A stretch of DNA of 63,420 nucleotides, filler included, from Craspedostauros australis (Eukaryota), in assembly GCA_030167865.1 (NCBI GenBank). It is 12 parts of 12 records of this genome, joined end to end, with 100 filler letters (N's around TTAATTAATTAA, not from the genome) between each part and the next. Parts side by side here need not be neighbours in the genome. Positions count along the whole stretch, not along the records: positions 61,586 to 63,420 come from JALAGF010006733.1; 11 more parts are not named here. One strand, 5' to 3'. A program made the position numbers and the translations under genes. This document shows, piece after piece, positions 61,586-63,420 of the stretch. The notes beneath the pieces are model-generated. The model had not been told where the DNA came from. It searched no databases and worked only from the letters and a program-made list of their open reading frames with translations. The stretch's first letter is position 1; the number at the start of each line of letters is the position of its first letter.

Positions 61586-63420
61586 GAAGAACAACGAACA
61601 AGCCAACGCGGCTACGGAAGGACACGACAAGAGCGGGCACGAGATGGTACTCTCAGCAAAAGACATGCCACTCTGCATGTTGGTGTCCGACGACTACATC
61701 GAAGACTCCTTATTTGATAACTTCGAATACGTCGGGAGTGACGACGAAGTGCAGGATGATGAGATCATCCCGGAGTGGCTCAGCGAGGAGCCAATCATCC
61801 ANNNNNNNNNNNNNNNNNNNNNNNNNNNNNNNNNNNNNNNNNNNNNNNNNNNNNNNNNNNNNNNNNNNNNNNNNNNNNNNNNNNNNNNNNNNNNNNNNNN
61901 NNNNNNNNNNGACATCGAAGAGGCCATGAGCGATGACGACGACGACGCCGACGAGGACGGCGCAGATGAAGACGATGAGGCGGACCGCGGCGCGGCGCCT
62001 CCTCCCCCACCGGGGGGGAACAACAGATCGGGCATCTTCGACGAGGATGACAGCGACGAATCCGAGGACGGCAATCATCCAGACGACAGCTTCAATCCAA
62101 ACGAGCNNNNNNNNNNNNNNNNNNNNNNNNNNNNNNNNNNNNNNNNNNNNNNNNNNNNNNNNNNNNNNNNNNNNNNNNNNNNNNNNNNNNNNNNNNNNNN
62201 NNNNNNNNNNNNNNNNNNNNNNNNNNNNNNNNNNNNNNNNNNNNNNNNNNNNNNNNNNNNNNNNNNNNNNNNNNNNNNNNNNNNNNNNNNNNNNNNNNNN
62301 NNNNNNNNNNNNNNNNNNNNNNNNNNNNNNNNNNNNNNNNNNNNNNNNATCGAAGAGATTCTCGCCAATTCGGTTGTGATCAATCGCATACTGGAAGCAG
62401 CCGAGACAGAGACGATCCCAGAGACAGATCTTCATTACATTCTTGGAGGATGTATGCGCGTACTCTTACGCGAACGACCACGCGTCCACCCATATGATCC
62501 TGTTACAGGATCACATCGAAACAGCACCATTCCATCGGACTACGCGCAACTACCCGACGACATGGATGACGGAGACCATCATCATCCATACAACGAAGAT
62601 GGAGTCCACGAAGACGACGACGACGGCAGCTTCGACGACGAGATAGCTGCGGCAGCCGTGGAGCAACTCCACGAGCTGAGCACCAGATACAAGGACACTT
62701 GGCTCGCCGACAGCGGAGCTTCGTGTCACATCGTCAATTCAGACACCGCTCTCTTCAATGTGCGGCACATCAAGTCCTTCGTCCAAGTGGGAGACAGCAT
62801 GAAGCTGGATTCTCCCAAGATGGGATCCATTCGCTTGAAAGTCAAGCAGCGAAACAACACTGGCCACATCATCCGGCTCGATGANNNNNNNNNNNNNNNN
62901 NNNNNNNNNNNNNNNNNNNNNNNNNNNNNNNNNNGTCCACGAAGACGACGACGACGGCAGCTTCGACGACGAGATAGCTGCGGCAGCCGTGGAACAGCTC
63001 CACGAGCTGAGCACCAGAGACAAGGACAAAGTCAACAAGGACACCTGGCTTGCCGATAGCGGAGCTTCGTGTCACATTGTCAACTCGGACGCCGCTCTCT
63101 TCAACGTGCGGCACATCAAGTCCTTCGTCCAAGTGGGAGACAGCACGAAGCTGGATTCTCCCAAGATGGGATCCATTCGCTTGAANNNNNNNNNNNNNNN
63201 NNNNNNNNNNNNNNTCATCCGGCTCGATGACGTGAAGTACACACCGAAAATGGCGGTGAACCTTTTCTCCACGAACAAGGCTCTGTACAACGGTTACCAG
63301 CTTGGCAACAATGGCATTCTGATGGACATCATCAACGGATCCGGAATGAAGATCGTATTCGACCGAGTCTTCCCCACATCCAACGGATTCATCACGGGAG
63401 TGCAGATGCATCCCATCATG
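61586..63420 (+). mobile_element. Ty1/copia family A fragment with variant extra module
   Basis: EMVLSAKDMPLC and WLADSGASCH regions match family A. The central module is diverged. The protease segment is repeated across an N gap. Confidence 0.93.

Overview
This is eukaryotic DNA, most likely a diatom, inferred from the copia-type pol signatures, signal peptide plus ASAFAP-like plastid-targeting motifs and compact genes. It is not one locus: 12 unrelated scaffold pieces are joined by 11 artificial N-TTAATTAATTAA-N spacers, and many internal N gaps are flanked by duplicated sequence. Most of the window is transposable elements. These include several Ty1/copia LTR families (one full-length copy with 162/163-bp LTRs and a GCAGG target-site duplication), two tandem piggyBac transposases, an internally deleted RNase H-bearing LINE and a 1.4-kb TIR element. 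Host genes are an ankyrin-repeat gene, a plastid carotenoid oxygenase, an ELP5-like gene, a GHSAG alpha/beta-hydrolase, an NTF2/SnoaL-like plastid protein, a Cys-rich PTSA-repeat protein and two hypotheticals. The most interesting signals are in the copia elements: (1) primer-binding sites complementary to tRNA anticodon arms (Lys-CUU, Asn-GUU, possibly Arg), implying half-tRNA priming; (2) a chromodomain-like module between integrase and RT; (3) a ~1-kb extra coding module between Gag and protease present as two diverged versions; (4) a probable LTR with TAAT...ATTA ends; (5) a scrambled derivative that keeps a palindromic leader hairpin.
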